Of a stretch of DNA of 54,306 nucleotides, positions 45,038 through 54,306 are shown in pieces. Source of the DNA: Clostridia bacterium (GTDB lineage: Bacteria; Bacillota; Clostridia; Christensenellales; CAG-138); contig JAFSHG010000087.1 in the NCBI GenBank assembly GCA_017440405.1, positions 1 through 54,306 of the forward strand, written 5' to 3'. Each line of letters starts with the position of its first letter. Positions within the stretch are counted from its first letter, which is position 1. The notes below the pieces were generated by a model. That model was not told the DNA's origin and searched no databases. It worked only from the letters and a program-made list of their open reading frames with translations. The translations under genes were made by a program, and so were the position numbers.

Positions 45038-46216
45038 ATGTCAGACTACGAAAAACACTCTGTAAGAGGCGTGCGCTTTGAAAGCGGAAAGCCGAGCTAT
45101 GGAAGAAAAAACGGAAATAAAGACCGTGACAGACACGGCTACGGCGAAAAAGGTGATTATAAAAAACGTGAGTATTCGGGTAAAGACGGTTATAAGAAGC
45201 CCTATGGCGATAAGGACGGTTATAAAAAGCGTGAGTATTCCGATAAAGACGGTTATAAGAAACCATACGGCGGCAAGGACGGTTATAAGAAGCCTTACGG
45301 CGATAAAGGCGGATATAAAAAGCCATACGATGACAGAGACGAACGCTTTGGAGATTATAAAGAAAGTCGCAAGCACAAAAAATATGATGAAGAATCCGTA
45401 CGCAGAAACAGTTTTGATGAAAAAAGAAGCGCAGAAGCGGAACATGCTGTGAGAGAGGATGAACTGCCTTTCCTCATCATGGGCAGAAATGCAGTGCGTG
45501 AGGCCATAAAGAGCGGCAGGAGCATAGATAAGATTTTGGTTATCCCCGAGCGTGACGGTTCATTGGGAGAAATCTTGGGTATGGCACGGGACAGAAATAT
45601 TCTCATTCAGGAAGAAAAGCGTGAGAAGCTGGACGAGCTTTGTATGCCTTTCGGTCACGGCGAAAAGACGGGCAATCATCAGGGCATAGTGGCAAGAGTG
45701 CCGGGTGCAGAATATGTGAGTTTGGAGGATATTTTAGACTACGCAAAGGAACGCAATGAAGCTCCGTTCATACTGCTTTTGGACGGCATCACAGACCCGT
45801 ATAACTTTGGCTCTATGATAAGAAGTGCAGAATGTGCAGGCATTCACGGAATAGTGATACCAAAGCGCAGGAGTGCTACGCTCACATCTTCTGCCGTAAA
45901 GGTGTCGGCAGGTGCTGCAAGCCATATGCGCATTGCAAAAGTGCCTAATATAGCGAATGCAATAGACAGGTTACATGAGAACAATGTTTGGGTAGCAGGT
46001 GCAGACATGGAGGGTAAGTCCATGTATGAAACCGACATGAAGGGTGCAATGGCAATAGTTATAGGCAGTGAGGATGAGGGACTTTCCGCACTGGTTCGCA
46101 AAAAGTGCGATTACATCATATCCGCTCCCATAAAGGGTAATATAGATTCTTTGAATGCTGCCGTGGCATCGGCTGTGCTCATGTATGAGAAAGTGAGACA
46201 GGATACACAATCATGA
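45038..46216 (+). CDS. rlmB: 23S rRNA (guanosine-2'-O)-methyltransferase RlmB (SpoU/TrmH family) with a repetitive basic N-terminal extension
   Basis: The C-terminal 250 aa carry the SpoU substrate-binding and methylase motifs: GRNAVREAI, DGITDPYNFGSMIRSAECAG, VIGSEDEGLS, IPIKGNIDSLNAAVA. Confidence 0.85.
   Translation: MSDYEKHSVRGVRFESGKPSYGRKNGNKDRDRHGYGEKGDYKKREYSGKDGYKKPYGDKDGYKKREYSDKDGYKKPYGGKDGYKKPYGDKGGYKKPYDDRDERFGDYKESRKHKKYDEESVRRNSFDEKRSAEAEHAVREDELPFLIMGRNAVREAIKSGRSIDKILVIPERDGSLGEILGMARDRNILIQEEKREKLDELCMPFGHGEKTGNHQGIVARVPGAEYVSLEDILDYAKERNEAPFILLLDGITDPYNFGSMIRSAECAGIHGIVIPKRRSATLTSSAVKVSAGAASHMRIAKVPNIANAIDRLHENNVWVAGADMEGKSMYETDMKGAMAIVIGSEDEGLSALVRKKCDYIISAPIKGNIDSLNAAVASAVLMYEKVRQDTQS
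45149..45334 (+). repeat. in-frame tandem repeat encoding six K(D/G)GYKK(P/RE)Y units
   Basis: Protein residues 38-99 read KGDYKKREYSGKDGYKKPYGDKDGYKKREYSDKDGYKKPYGGKDGYKKPYGDKGGYKKPYDD. The underlying unit is ~30-33 nt, with a 63-nt higher-order period. Confidence 0.85.
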
Positions 46217-47286
46217 ATCAAGACGGTCTTATAGCAGAACTTTTTCAAAAATTGCATGAGTCTCCCGAACTTTCCATGCAAGAGACGAGAACACGAGCTA
46301 TAATAGTGGACTTTTTACGCAGTCATACCGATTTTTCCGTGTATGACTGCGGAAACTTTTTGTACGCCTGCCACTTGGAAGGCGAGTCGTTGGAGAATAT
46401 TGCATTTCGTGCCGATATGGACGCTATTCGTGACAGCCACGGCAAGCCTTTTCACGGATGCGGGCATGACGGACATGTATGTACATTATGCCGCCTTGCG
46501 TTGGAGATATCAAATAAAAAAGCGGGAAAGAACATATACCTCTTTTTCCAACCGGCGGAAGAAACGGGGCAGGGCGCACTTCTCATGTTGCCGTTGCTGC
46601 GTGAAAAGAACATAACACGCATATACGGATTCCATAATATTCCCGGAAAGACGGCAGGAAAAGTACTTTTAAAAAGCAGAACATTTGCGTGCGCCTCACG
46701 AGGACTAAAACTTATATTCAAAGGTCGTCAGTGTCATGCTGCATACCCCGAAACGGGGGTTAATCCTGCACTTGCGATTGCAAAAGTCATCATGCGCATA
46801 AATGATGTTCAGCATAACGATTACGGCGCACCTGTTTTGGCAACAATAGTAAATGTACAGCTTGGAGAACCGAATGCATTCGGAGTCAGTGCAGGGTACG
46901 GTGAACTGTCATGCACGGTTCGCAGTGAAACCGATGCGGCTATGGAGAGGCTGCAAGAATACATAACGGGTTTTGCGGAAAAGATCTGTGAAGAATCGGG
47001 GATAAGTCTTGAAATACAGACATTTGATGAATTCCCGAGCACTGTAAATTCAGAAACCGAAACGGAGCGAGCCGAGCATATTTTCAGGGCGTGCGGGGTG
47101 GATTTTGAAGTGTTGAAAACGCCCATGCGTTGGTCGGAGGACTTTGGATATTATCTGAAAAATACGAGTGGACTCTTTATGGGGATAGGTGCAGGTGAGG
47201 ATGTGCCGCCGTTGCATACGGACGGTTACGGTTATAACACGGAAATAATTGAGCAGAGTGCAAAAATGCTTATGCTTTTGATTTAG
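46213..47286 (+). CDS. M20-family amidohydrolase/peptidase
   Basis: 357 aa with the metal-ligand context HGCGHDGH and FQPAEE. It overlaps the rlmB stop by 4 nt. Confidence 0.8.
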   Translation: MNQDGLIAELFQKLHESPELSMQETRTRAIIVDFLRSHTDFSVYDCGNFLYACHLEGESLENIAFRADMDAIRDSHGKPFHGCGHDGHVCTLCRLALEISNKKAGKNIYLFFQPAEETGQGALLMLPLLREKNITRIYGFHNIPGKTAGKVLLKSRTFACASRGLKLIFKGRQCHAAYPETGVNPALAIAKVIMRINDVQHNDYGAPVLATIVNVQLGEPNAFGVSAGYGELSCTVRSETDAAMERLQEYITGFAEKICEESGISLEIQTFDEFPSTVNSETETERAEHIFRACGVDFEVLKTPMRWSEDFGYYLKNTSGLFMGIGAGEDVPPLHTDGYGYNTEIIEQSAKMLMLLI

Positions 47287-47298
47287 AGGAGAATTTTT

Positions 47299-48372
47299 AT
47301 GATAGAGAAAAAGAGTTTCGGCAAACTTTCAGACGGCAGAGAAGTCTTTGCTTTTGTAATCAAAAACGGAAGGAACATGCAGGTCACACTATCAGAGTAC
47401 GGTGCATGTATTACATCACTTCTTGTCCCCGACAGAGACGGGATTTTGGCAGATGTGGTCCTCGGGTTCGATGATGTATCGGGGTATGAGTCGCCCATGT
47501 CGGCACACATGGGGGCAATAACGGGCAGATTTGCAGGCAGAATACGAAACGGACGTTTCATGTTGGAGGGAAAACCTGTAATACTAAATTGCAACGACGG
47601 AAAAAATCATCTTCACGGCGGAAAAGGCGGTTTGCATCGCAAGCTTTGGCACGGCAGTGAGCAGGGCGAAAATTCCGTGGCGTTCACATATGAGAGTGCA
47701 GACGGTGAGGAAAACTACCCGGGGAATCTTTCACTGTGCGTTACGTACACATTGGATGACGGTGGTTCTCTCTGCATAGATTACAAGGCAAAGAGCGATA
47801 AAACTACGGTGTTGAACCTCACAAACCACAGTTATTTTAATCTGAAAGGGCATGAGAAAGGGGCAGCAGATACACAGGTTTTGCGTATAAATGCAGACAG
47901 ATATGCCACGGTGGATATGGAAAAGATTCCCGATGGCGCAATAATGCCCACAGAATGTACGCCCATGGATTTCAGGACATATGCGGTTATAAATTCACGC
48001 ATAGGCTTTGACTTCATCCAGCTCCGTTACGGCGAGGGGTATGATCACAGCTTCGTACTGAATAAGCGAGAGAGAAACTTGCTCTCAACTGCGGCGGAGC
48101 TTTATGATGCAGAGAGCGGAAGGCATATGCTTGTACATACCACCATGCCCGCTTTGCAGTTTTACAGCGGCAATTCATTGGAGATGACAGAGGGCAAGGG
48201 CGGTGCGCTGTACATGAAGCGTGGCGGCGTTTGTTTGGAAACACAGTTTATACCCAATGCCATGGAGCACACATATTTCCCGTCACCCATATTGCGTGCA
48301 GACGAGGAGTATCATCACATTACGAGATATACATTCTCTGTTCGTGACATAGATCCTAAGTGTTACAGCTAA
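47299..48372 (+). CDS. galM: aldose 1-epimerase (galactose mutarotase)
   Basis: 357 aa with motifs NHLHGG, TNHSYFNL, YDHSF and LETQ. Confidence 0.85.
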   Translation: MIEKKSFGKLSDGREVFAFVIKNGRNMQVTLSEYGACITSLLVPDRDGILADVVLGFDDVSGYESPMSAHMGAITGRFAGRIRNGRFMLEGKPVILNCNDGKNHLHGGKGGLHRKLWHGSEQGENSVAFTYESADGEENYPGNLSLCVTYTLDDGGSLCIDYKAKSDKTTVLNLTNHSYFNLKGHEKGAADTQVLRINADRYATVDMEKIPDGAIMPTECTPMDFRTYAVINSRIGFDFIQLRYGEGYDHSFVLNKRERNLLSTAAELYDAESGRHMLVHTTMPALQFYSGNSLEMTEGKGGALYMKRGGVCLETQFIPNAMEHTYFPSPILRADEEYHHITRYTFSVRDIDPKCYS

Positions 48373-48463
48373 CAATAAGTCGATAAGAAGGGCATGAAAT
48401 GCATATAAAAAGACTGCTGAAAGAAGTGATTGTCGTGTATCTTTTCACAGCGGGAAACAAATA

Positions 48464-48493
48464 CCCTCCTCTGACGAGGAGGGCATCTTTTTT
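48464..48493 (+). terminator. terminator after galM (hairpin shared with the convergent gene)
   Basis: Hairpin CCCTCCTC-TGAC-GAGGAGGG at 48464..48483, then a T-run at 48488..48493. Confidence 0.8.
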
Positions 48494-48515
48494 GTCGTGC
48501 ACCAAAGTTTGAGCA

Positions 48516-49367
48516 TTATACAGTGCCCGTTACAACGAGAGTGGCTACGCCGGGTGTGGTTTCCCATTCACCTGTGGTGGGATTCTGAGTGAATGTTGCA
48601 GCAGGTACTATGAGCTGACCGTCCACTGTGGAGAAAAGTCCCGTTGATTCGTCATAAGTGTAATTTGTGGGGCTTTCCCATGTAATACCGTTGTATGTGA
48701 CCACGAGGTCTGTGAGTATGGGATTAAAGGTGTCTGTTAGGACTAAGTTGTCTGAAACGGTGGTTGCGGTATTGCCAAAGTTCTGAATGACGAATGTATA
48801 GGTTAGTCTGTCATCTTCTGATACCGTTGAGGGCGATATGGATTTGCTGATACGGAGCGATGCTGCATCGGTTGTGGGAATGGTTGCAGTAGCGGTTATG
48901 GGTGTGGGGATGCCGTCACCTGTTACAGTAGCGGTATTTACTATCGTACCGTCCGGTTCGGGTGATGCAAACTCATTCACTGTTGCCTCATACACTAAGA
49001 TGACATTGCCGTCTGCCGGTACGCTGATACCTGTTATCACAAGGGGCGGACCTGCTGTTACAGAGGGTGTAGCTTGCAGAACGCCGTTCACAAAGTAACG
49101 CACTGAACCCGTCACATATGTGAGCGGATATACAGTGTCATCTTCGGTGTAGCCGCCTAAATCATCTGTTACGGTGAGATTTGTAAGTGCAGTAGCGCCT
49201 GAGTTTATGAGGCTCAGGACGTATGTTACATTATCACCCGGTGCATATGATGAAGAAACACTCGTCTTGGTAGCTGAAAGTACCTCAATCAATGTACCCG
49301 TGGTTATATTTGATACAGATACATTGCCGTTAAAGTTTAGCTGTGCCTGATTAGTGAAAGTTGCCAT
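48516..49367 (-). CDS. DUF11-type conserved-repeat-domain protein with no signal peptide
   Basis: 283 aa from the ATG at 49367, with GGAGGTG 6 nt upstream. Two units fit the pattern PGDxVTYxxxxxNxGxxxxxNxxxxD: APGDNVTYVLSLINSGATALTNLTVTDDL and EDDRLTYTFVIQNFGNTATTVSDNLVLTDTF. The composition is T/V/S-rich. Confidence 0.65.
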   Translation of the reverse strand: MATFTNQAQLNFNGNVSVSNITTGTLIEVLSATKTSVSSSYAPGDNVTYVLSLINSGATALTNLTVTDDLGGYTEDDTVYPLTYVTGSVRYFVNGVLQATPSVTAGPPLVITGISVPADGNVILVYEATVNEFASPEPDGTIVNTATVTGDGIPTPITATATIPTTDAASLRISKSISPSTVSEDDRLTYTFVIQNFGNTATTVSDNLVLTDTFNPILTDLVVTYNGITWESPTNYTYDESTGLFSTVDGQLIVPAATFTQNPTTGEWETTPGVATLVVTGTV

Positions 49368-49434
49368 GTGTTTCACCTCCTTTCACTCTAATATATGCAG
49401 GAGGGAAACGGTTTTGACACCTGACGACAAAAAA

Positions 49435-49460
49435 GCATCGGAAATGATTTTTTCCGATGC
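49435..49460. terminator. bidirectional hairpin terminator between rpmF and the DUF11 gene
   Basis: Hairpin GCATCGGAAA/TTTCCGATGC, with an A-run upstream and a T-run downstream. Confidence 0.7.
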
Positions 49461-49484
49461 CTCTTTTTTGATCAATAATGAGAA

Positions 49485-49670
49485 TTAGTTAGCTTCAACT
49501 TTTACTATTTCTTTATCACCGTAATATCCGCACTTCTTGCAAACTCTGTGAGCGAGTTTTGCCTGCTTGCACTTGGGGCATTCCACGATGCCGGGTGCTG
49601 AAATCTTCCAGTTAGCTGATCTGCGCTTATCTCTTCTTGCTTTTGATGTTTTACGTTTTGGTGTTGCCAT
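49485..49670 (-). CDS. rpmF: 50S ribosomal protein L32
   Basis: 61 aa, [17 protein letters not shown], with the zinc ribbon CPKC..C..CG. Confidence 0.95.
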   Translation of the reverse strand: MATPKRKTSKARRDKRRSANWKISAPGIVECPKCKQAKLAHRVCKKCGYYGDKEIVKVEAN

Positions 49671-49690
49671 AAGTAAATCCTCCTGTTTTT

Positions 49691-50260
49691 TTATTTGTTT
49701 ACAGAATACCTGCTTTTAAGCAATTCCACCGCTTTCTCAAACGCATCTTCACTGTCAAAGTCAATTTCTTCCTGCTCAGGTTCCATGCCGCATGTACATT
49801 CGTCTGTGTTCAAGTCACAGCCGCATACGGGACAGAGCCCCTTGCAGTTTTCGCTGCACAAACTCGTCATGGGATAATTCAGCATGACGGTTTCATTTAT
49901 GAGGTCTGACAGATCTAAAACGTCCTCGGTAAAGGTGAAACCCGTATCCTCGGAAACTATGTCAATATCACTGCGTACTCTTACGAAAAACTCGGAGAAT
50001 TCGCATTCAAAAGGTCTGAGAAATTCTCGTCCGCATCTGGAACACTCCTCACGGAACACGGCACTTATCTTACCTGCCATATTCACGCCGCCTTCTCCGT
50101 CATAACTGTAATCAGCCTGAACATGTATTTGCCCCTCTGTCACAAGCTGTCTGCCGCACACATACAAGTTCTCAGACACGGTGCTGAGTTCTGCATGGGC
50201 AAGTTTTCCCGGATTCTTGAGTTCTCGTGCAATATTTACAGTCGCCTTCAACATAGTCAA
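49691..50260 (-). CDS. yceD: YceD/DUF177 family protein
   Basis: 189 aa with a cysteine-rich C-terminal part ([17 protein letters not shown]). It lies immediately upstream of rpmF, the conserved arrangement. Confidence 0.85.
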   Translation of the reverse strand: MTMLKATVNIARELKNPGKLAHAELSTVSENLYVCGRQLVTEGQIHVQADYSYDGEGGVNMAGKISAVFREECSRCGREFLRPFECEFSEFFVRVRSDIDIVSEDTGFTFTEDVLDLSDLINETVMLNYPMTSLCSENCKGLCPVCGCDLNTDECTCGMEPEQEEIDFDSEDAFEKAVELLKSRYSVNK

Positions 50261-50382
50261 CCTTTCCTATTCTACCATATAAATCGGATTTGTCAAATGC
50301 TTTTTTGCATTTATTATCCAAAAGCATCGGGGTGCGGTGTGCTGCCACTCCCCGATACTTATTATGCCCTGAAAAATGCGGC

Positions 50383-51581
50383 TTATTTAGCCAGTCTTGC
50401 CGTATCCTGTGCTATAACCATTTCCTCGTCCGTGGGGATTACGAAAACCTTTACACGGCTGGATTTGGTGGAGATTTCCACTTCCTCACCACGGGGACAA
50501 TTCATGTTATAATCGTAATCAACCTCAACTCCGAGATAATCGAGTCCACGGAGTATCATTTCACGCATTCCACGGTCATTTTCGCCAACACCTGCTGTGA
50601 ATACTATGGCGTCAACACCGTTCATTGCAGCGGAATATGCTCCGATATACTTCTTTACATTGTAAGCAAAACTGCGAAGTGCTATGTCGCAACGCTCATT
50701 TGTCTTTGCGCCCTCACCCAAGTCACGGAAGTCGCTGGACACGCCCGAGAGTCCGAGCATACCACTCTTTTTGTTCATGTAGGAGTTTACCTCTGCTGCC
50801 GTCATGTTTTTCTTATCCATGAGGTATGTAACCACAGCGGGGTCCATGCTGCCGCAACGTGTTCCCATGGGAACGCCTTCAAGGGGTGTGAAGCCCATGG
50901 ATGTGTCAATGGATTTTCCGTCCTTTACGGCGGTGATGGATGAACCGTTGCCGAGATGGCATGTGATAACACGAGTGCCTTCTGCCGTCTTTTTGCCCAT
51001 CATTGCAACTGCTCTGCCTGAAACATAAAGATGTGATGTGCCGTGGAAACCGTAGCGGCGAACCATGAGCTCTTATAATCTTCATAAGGCACGCCGTAGA
51101 GGAATGCTTCCTCAGGCATGGTCTGGTGGAATGCCGTATCAAAAACGCCTACCATGGGGGTATTCGGCATTATAGCCTGACATGCACGGATACCCATTAT
51201 GTTTGCGGGATTGTGCAGGGGTGCAAGGTCTGTGAGGCTCTCTATGGTGGAGATAACCTCGTCGTCGAGTTTCACGGACTTTGCAAACTTTTCGCCGCCA
51301 TGTACCACACGGTGTCCCACAGCGTCTATTTCGTCCATTGACTTTATAACGCCGTTCTTTTCGTCCACGAGTGCGTCCAAAACGTATTTGATTGCGTCTT
51401 TGTGGTCTTTCATGGGACGTTCTACTGCGTCTAACTTTTCCTTGCCCGTGGGCTTGTATGTGAATCTGCCGTCAATGCCTATTCTCTCGCACAGACCCTT
51501 TGCGATTACGCTGTTGTCCTGCGTGTCTATGAGCTGATATTTAAGTGATGAGCTGCCTGCGTTTATAACCAGTATTTTCAT
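50383..51581 (-). pseudogene. ackA: acetate kinase interrupted by a 1-nt frameshift (either a pseudogene or a sequence error)
   Basis: The N-terminal ORF at 51000..51581 reads [23 protein letters not shown]. The C-terminal ORF at 50383..51066 reads [15 protein letters not shown].. and is in the -1 frame. Homology switches frame at about 51070..51071, where one base is missing between the codons for YK and LMV. Confidence 0.8.
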
Positions 51582-51608
51582 TATTTTATTCCTTTCTTAT
51601 TGTGGTAA

Positions 51609-52610
51609 TTATAAATTCTGTGCCTGTACCGCCGTAATAGCGACCACGCTTACTATGTCTTCCACGCTGCAACCTCTGGAAAGGTCATTTATGGGGCGCG
51701 CAAAACCTTGACAGATGGGCCCTACAGCCTCTGCACCTGCGAGACGCTGAACGAGCTTGTAACCTATGTTGCCCGACTGGAGGTCGGGGAATATGAGAAC
51801 ATTTGCATGGCCTGCTACGGGGCTGCCGGGGCTTTTGAGTTGTCCGACTGATTCCACGAGTGCTGCATCTGCTTGAAGTTCACCGTCCAGCATGAGCTCC
51901 GGGTCGAGTTCGTGTGCCTTTGCAGTAGCCTCTGCCACCTTGTCCACATTCTCATGCTTTGCGCTGCCCTTGGTGGAGAATGAAAGCATTGCAACCTTGG
52001 GGTCTGATATGCCGCAAAGAGCCTTTGCAGTGCGTGCCGACATAACGGCTGATTCTGCAAGCTGGTCCGATGTGGGATCAATGGTTACTGCACAATCTGC
52101 AAATACCATAACGCCGTTGTGACCGTATGCTTTGTTCGGAATATCCATGATGAAGCAACCCGATACATTCTTTATGCCAGGAGTGGTTTTTATTATTTGA
52201 AGACCGGGGCGCAGAGTGTTACCCGTGGTGTTGATTGCACCTGCTACCATGCCGTCTGCACGGTTGTTCTTTATGTGCATACAAGCGAAAAAGAGTGTGT
52301 CCTTCATTTGCTTTGCAGCCTTTTCGGGGTCCATACCCTTTGCTTTTCGCATCTCATAATACTGGTTTGCATAATCTGCAAAGAACTCTGACTTTTCGGG
52401 GTCTATGATGCCCACGCCGCTCAAAGATACGCCGAGTTCATTTGCCTTTGCCTGAATTTCTTCGGCATTTCCCAAAAGGGATACTTCAGCTATTCCCTGT
52501 GCAACTATCTTTTCTACTGCCTGAATGGTACGGGGTTCTGTTCCCTCGGGCAGTAAAATATGCATTTTTCTTGATTTTGCTTTTTCTTTGATTACATCAA
52601 TAACTGACAT
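51609..52610 (-). CDS. pta: phosphate acetyltransferase
   Basis: 333 aa from the ATG at 52610, with AAGGAGG 8 nt upstream. Motifs: ILLPEGTEPRT, DGELQADAA, and a C-terminal RGCSVEDIV. Confidence 0.9.
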   Translation of the reverse strand: MSVIDVIKEKAKSRKMHILLPEGTEPRTIQAVEKIVAQGIAEVSLLGNAEEIQAKANELGVSLSGVGIIDPEKSEFFADYANQYYEMRKAKGMDPEKAAKQMKDTLFFACMHIKNNRADGMVAGAINTTGNTLRPGLQIIKTTPGIKNVSGCFIMDIPNKAYGHNGVMVFADCAVTIDPTSDQLAESAVMSARTAKALCGISDPKVAMLSFSTKGSAKHENVDKVAEATAKAHELDPELMLDGELQADAALVESVGQLKSPGSPVAGHANVLIFPDLQSGNIGYKLVQRLAGAEAVGPICQGFARPINDLSRGCSVEDIVSVVAITAVQAQNL

Positions 52611-52929
52611 TTTAATGTCCTCCTTCATAATACGCATATTGCCGCTGTGGGCACATACAGTATTATAGCACACTTTATGCGGATTGAAAGGGTAAAAAAA
52701 TTATATTATTCCAAATCGGGCAATATAAGCCGCATAATAACCTGTATGAACACACATGAGGCGTGATAATGCATTTGCATTTTACGGTTTTTATGAATTA
52801 TTGGTAAAAAAAGACATGTTTTGTCTTATGAGTCATATGCAAAAAATCAATGCATAAACTGTAATCGGGCATGAGATACTGTGTCCTTATTAAAAATATA
52901 CTTGTCGCAGGACAAGCATTGGAGGTTTA

Positions 52930-53997
52930 ATGGGCATATTTTCGTTTATTTCTGAGTTTTCGGGATTTTCAAACAATGCAGTTGCCATTGACTTAGGCAC
53001 TGTGAACACCTTAATCGCCATACACGGTGCAGGCGTGGTACTGCGTGAGGCTACGGCTGTTGCCGTTGCAGGTGAAAATCAGGATATCGTACTTGCGGTG
53101 GGCAATGAAGCCGTGGAAATGAGCGGAAGAACACCCACGGGACTTGTGCTTAGATATCCTTTCCGTGAAGGGGTGATAGCCGATTACAGACTGGCAGAGT
53201 ACATGATACATGATTTTTTCAAAAGAGCGATACATACGGCTCACGGACATAGTTTTTATACTTCGCCGAGAGTATTGCTGTGCGTACCCGACTGTGTGAC
53301 CGATGTTGAACGCAGGGCGGTATGTGAAGCGGTGAGGAGAGCGGGGGCAAGGGATGTTTTGGTGGCAGAGGAGATAATGGCGGCATGTGTGGGAAGCGGA
53401 TTGCCGTATGACGAACCCACGGGTTCCATGGTGGTGGACATAGGCGGCGGCACGGTGGACACCGCCGTGATTGCATTGGGCGGAATAGTGGTATCCAAAT
53501 CCATGCGTTCGGGCGGAAATAATATAGACAGAGCGATAATAGGCTTTGTGCGACGCAAGTACAACATAATAATAGGTAACAGGAGCGCAGAACAAATAAA
53601 GTGCAGCCTGAGCGATGACGATAAAAAACAGAAAAATATAGAAGTATGCGGCTTAAACCCTGAAAACGGACTGCCGAAAAAGATTTCCGTTCCCAAAACA
53701 GAGATTGAAGAAAGTATACGTCCCAGCATTGATGAGATAGTAACGCTTGTGCATGATGTGCTTTCAAAGACGCCTCCCGAACTTGCGGGTGACATCATAA
53801 AGAACGGAATCACCCTATGCGGCGGTGGTGCATACCTGTATGGGCTTGCAACTGCCATAACCATTTCTACGGGCATAGAAACGGTGATTTCACCCAAACC
53901 GTTTGAATGCGTTGCTTTGGGCGCATTGGAAATGCTGAATAATATGCGCCATGGGAAAACCGCCACAATGCCCGGCATGGTGGAACAGGAAGCGTAA
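52930..53997 (+). CDS. mreB: rod shape-determining protein MreB/Mbl family
   Basis: 355 aa with actin-fold phosphate motifs AIDLGTVNT and VVDIGGGTVDTAV, plus LCGGGA. Confidence 0.85.
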   Translation: MGIFSFISEFSGFSNNAVAIDLGTVNTLIAIHGAGVVLREATAVAVAGENQDIVLAVGNEAVEMSGRTPTGLVLRYPFREGVIADYRLAEYMIHDFFKRAIHTAHGHSFYTSPRVLLCVPDCVTDVERRAVCEAVRRAGARDVLVAEEIMAACVGSGLPYDEPTGSMVVDIGGGTVDTAVIALGGIVVSKSMRSGGNNIDRAIIGFVRRKYNIIIGNRSAEQIKCSLSDDDKKQKNIEVCGLNPENGLPKKISVPKTEIEESIRPSIDEIVTLVHDVLSKTPPELAGDIIKNGITLCGGGAYLYGLATAITISTGIETVISPKPFECVALGALEMLNNMRHGKTATMPGMVEQEA

Positions 53998-54066
53998 GAG
54001 CTTTTTTTATCAAAACCGTATGCACCGACGGGTTTTGATGAAAAATAAAATTGTTGCGAAATGAAA

Positions 54067-54096
54067 GGGAAACCTCACACAGAAGTTTCCCTTTTT
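54067..54096 (+). terminator. terminator after mreB
   Basis: Hairpin GGGAAAC(54067..54073)/GTTTCCC(54085..54091) followed by TTTTT. Confidence 0.7.
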
Positions 54097-54119
54097 GTGT
54101 TTAACAATTCAAAGTGGGA

Positions 54120-54305
54120 TTAGCTGAGGTGCTTATCTCTCTTTGTATATGTGGTATGGAGAAGCTCATGTGACTTATGTCCGCAGGGCTCACCGAGGAA
54201 CTCGTCATAAATAGCCTTAATAGCAGGATTCTCATGAGACTTTCTGATGGGGAGGTCTCTGTCTGCCTGATATGTTGCAGCAGCACGAGCAGCCTTGGGA
54301 TCTAC
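54120..54305 (-). CDS. [FeFe]-hydrogenase large subunit, C-terminal 61 codons; the 5' part lies beyond the window end
   Basis: My translation in a frame not listed in the track reads VDPKAARAAATYQADRDLPIRKSHENPAIKAIYDEFLGEPCGHKSHELLHTTYTKRDKHLS*. The RKSHENP..LGxPxxHKSHELLHT tail is characteristic of HydA-type hydrogenases. Confidence 0.7.
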   Translation of the reverse strand, partial: VDPKAARAAATYQADRDLPIRKSHENPAIKAIYDEFLGEPCGHKSHELLHTTYTKRDKHLS

Positions 54306-54306
54306 A

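Noticed and set aside
44838-45445. Minus-strand ORFs 44838..45326 and 45041..45445 have repetitive YNR and ITV peptides.
   Set aside because: They are antisense shadows of the rlmB tandem repeat, with no RBS and low-complexity periodic translation.

Overview
This 54.3-kb chromosomal window comes from an anaerobic, spore-forming Firmicute. The Clostridia-like gene content includes spoIIE, spoVG, ylbJ, hemZ, pta-ackA and the tail of an [FeFe]-hydrogenase gene. Most of the window is housekeeping: punA (partial), an SNF2 helicase, glnA, radA, the rpmH-rnpA-yidD-yidC-jag cluster, a complete pyrB-I-C-F-K-D-E operon, T-box-controlled hisS-aspS, class I lysK, rlmB, galM, rpmF-yceD, pta-ackA and mreB. 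The one clearly accessory region is a 1.75-kb island between the glnA terminator and the promoter of a hypothetical-radA operon. It holds nine 36-bp type II CRISPR repeats. What looks like a degenerate tenth repeat is actually the anti-repeat of a complete tracrRNA on the + strand, which places the crRNAs on the - strand. No cas9, cas1, cas2 or csn2 is present in any frame of the window. One spacer slot is filled by a 666-bp coding insert that is flush with full repeats on both sides. The insert carries a 140-aa antitoxin-position ORF and a Doc/Fic toxin gene cut off inside its catalytic HPFxDGNKR motif exactly at the repeat boundary. Secondary observations are: a 1-nt frameshift splitting ackA; a class I LysRS fused to a Trbp111-like tRNA-binding domain; a hisS-aspS T-box with overlapping GAC/CAC candidate specifiers; a long structured leader upstream of a BspA-type LRR gene; a signal-less Ltp-domain protein; a WYL regulator; and a KDGYKKPYG tandem repeat at the RlmB N-terminus. 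All calls come from reading the sequence and ORF translations; no database searches were run.
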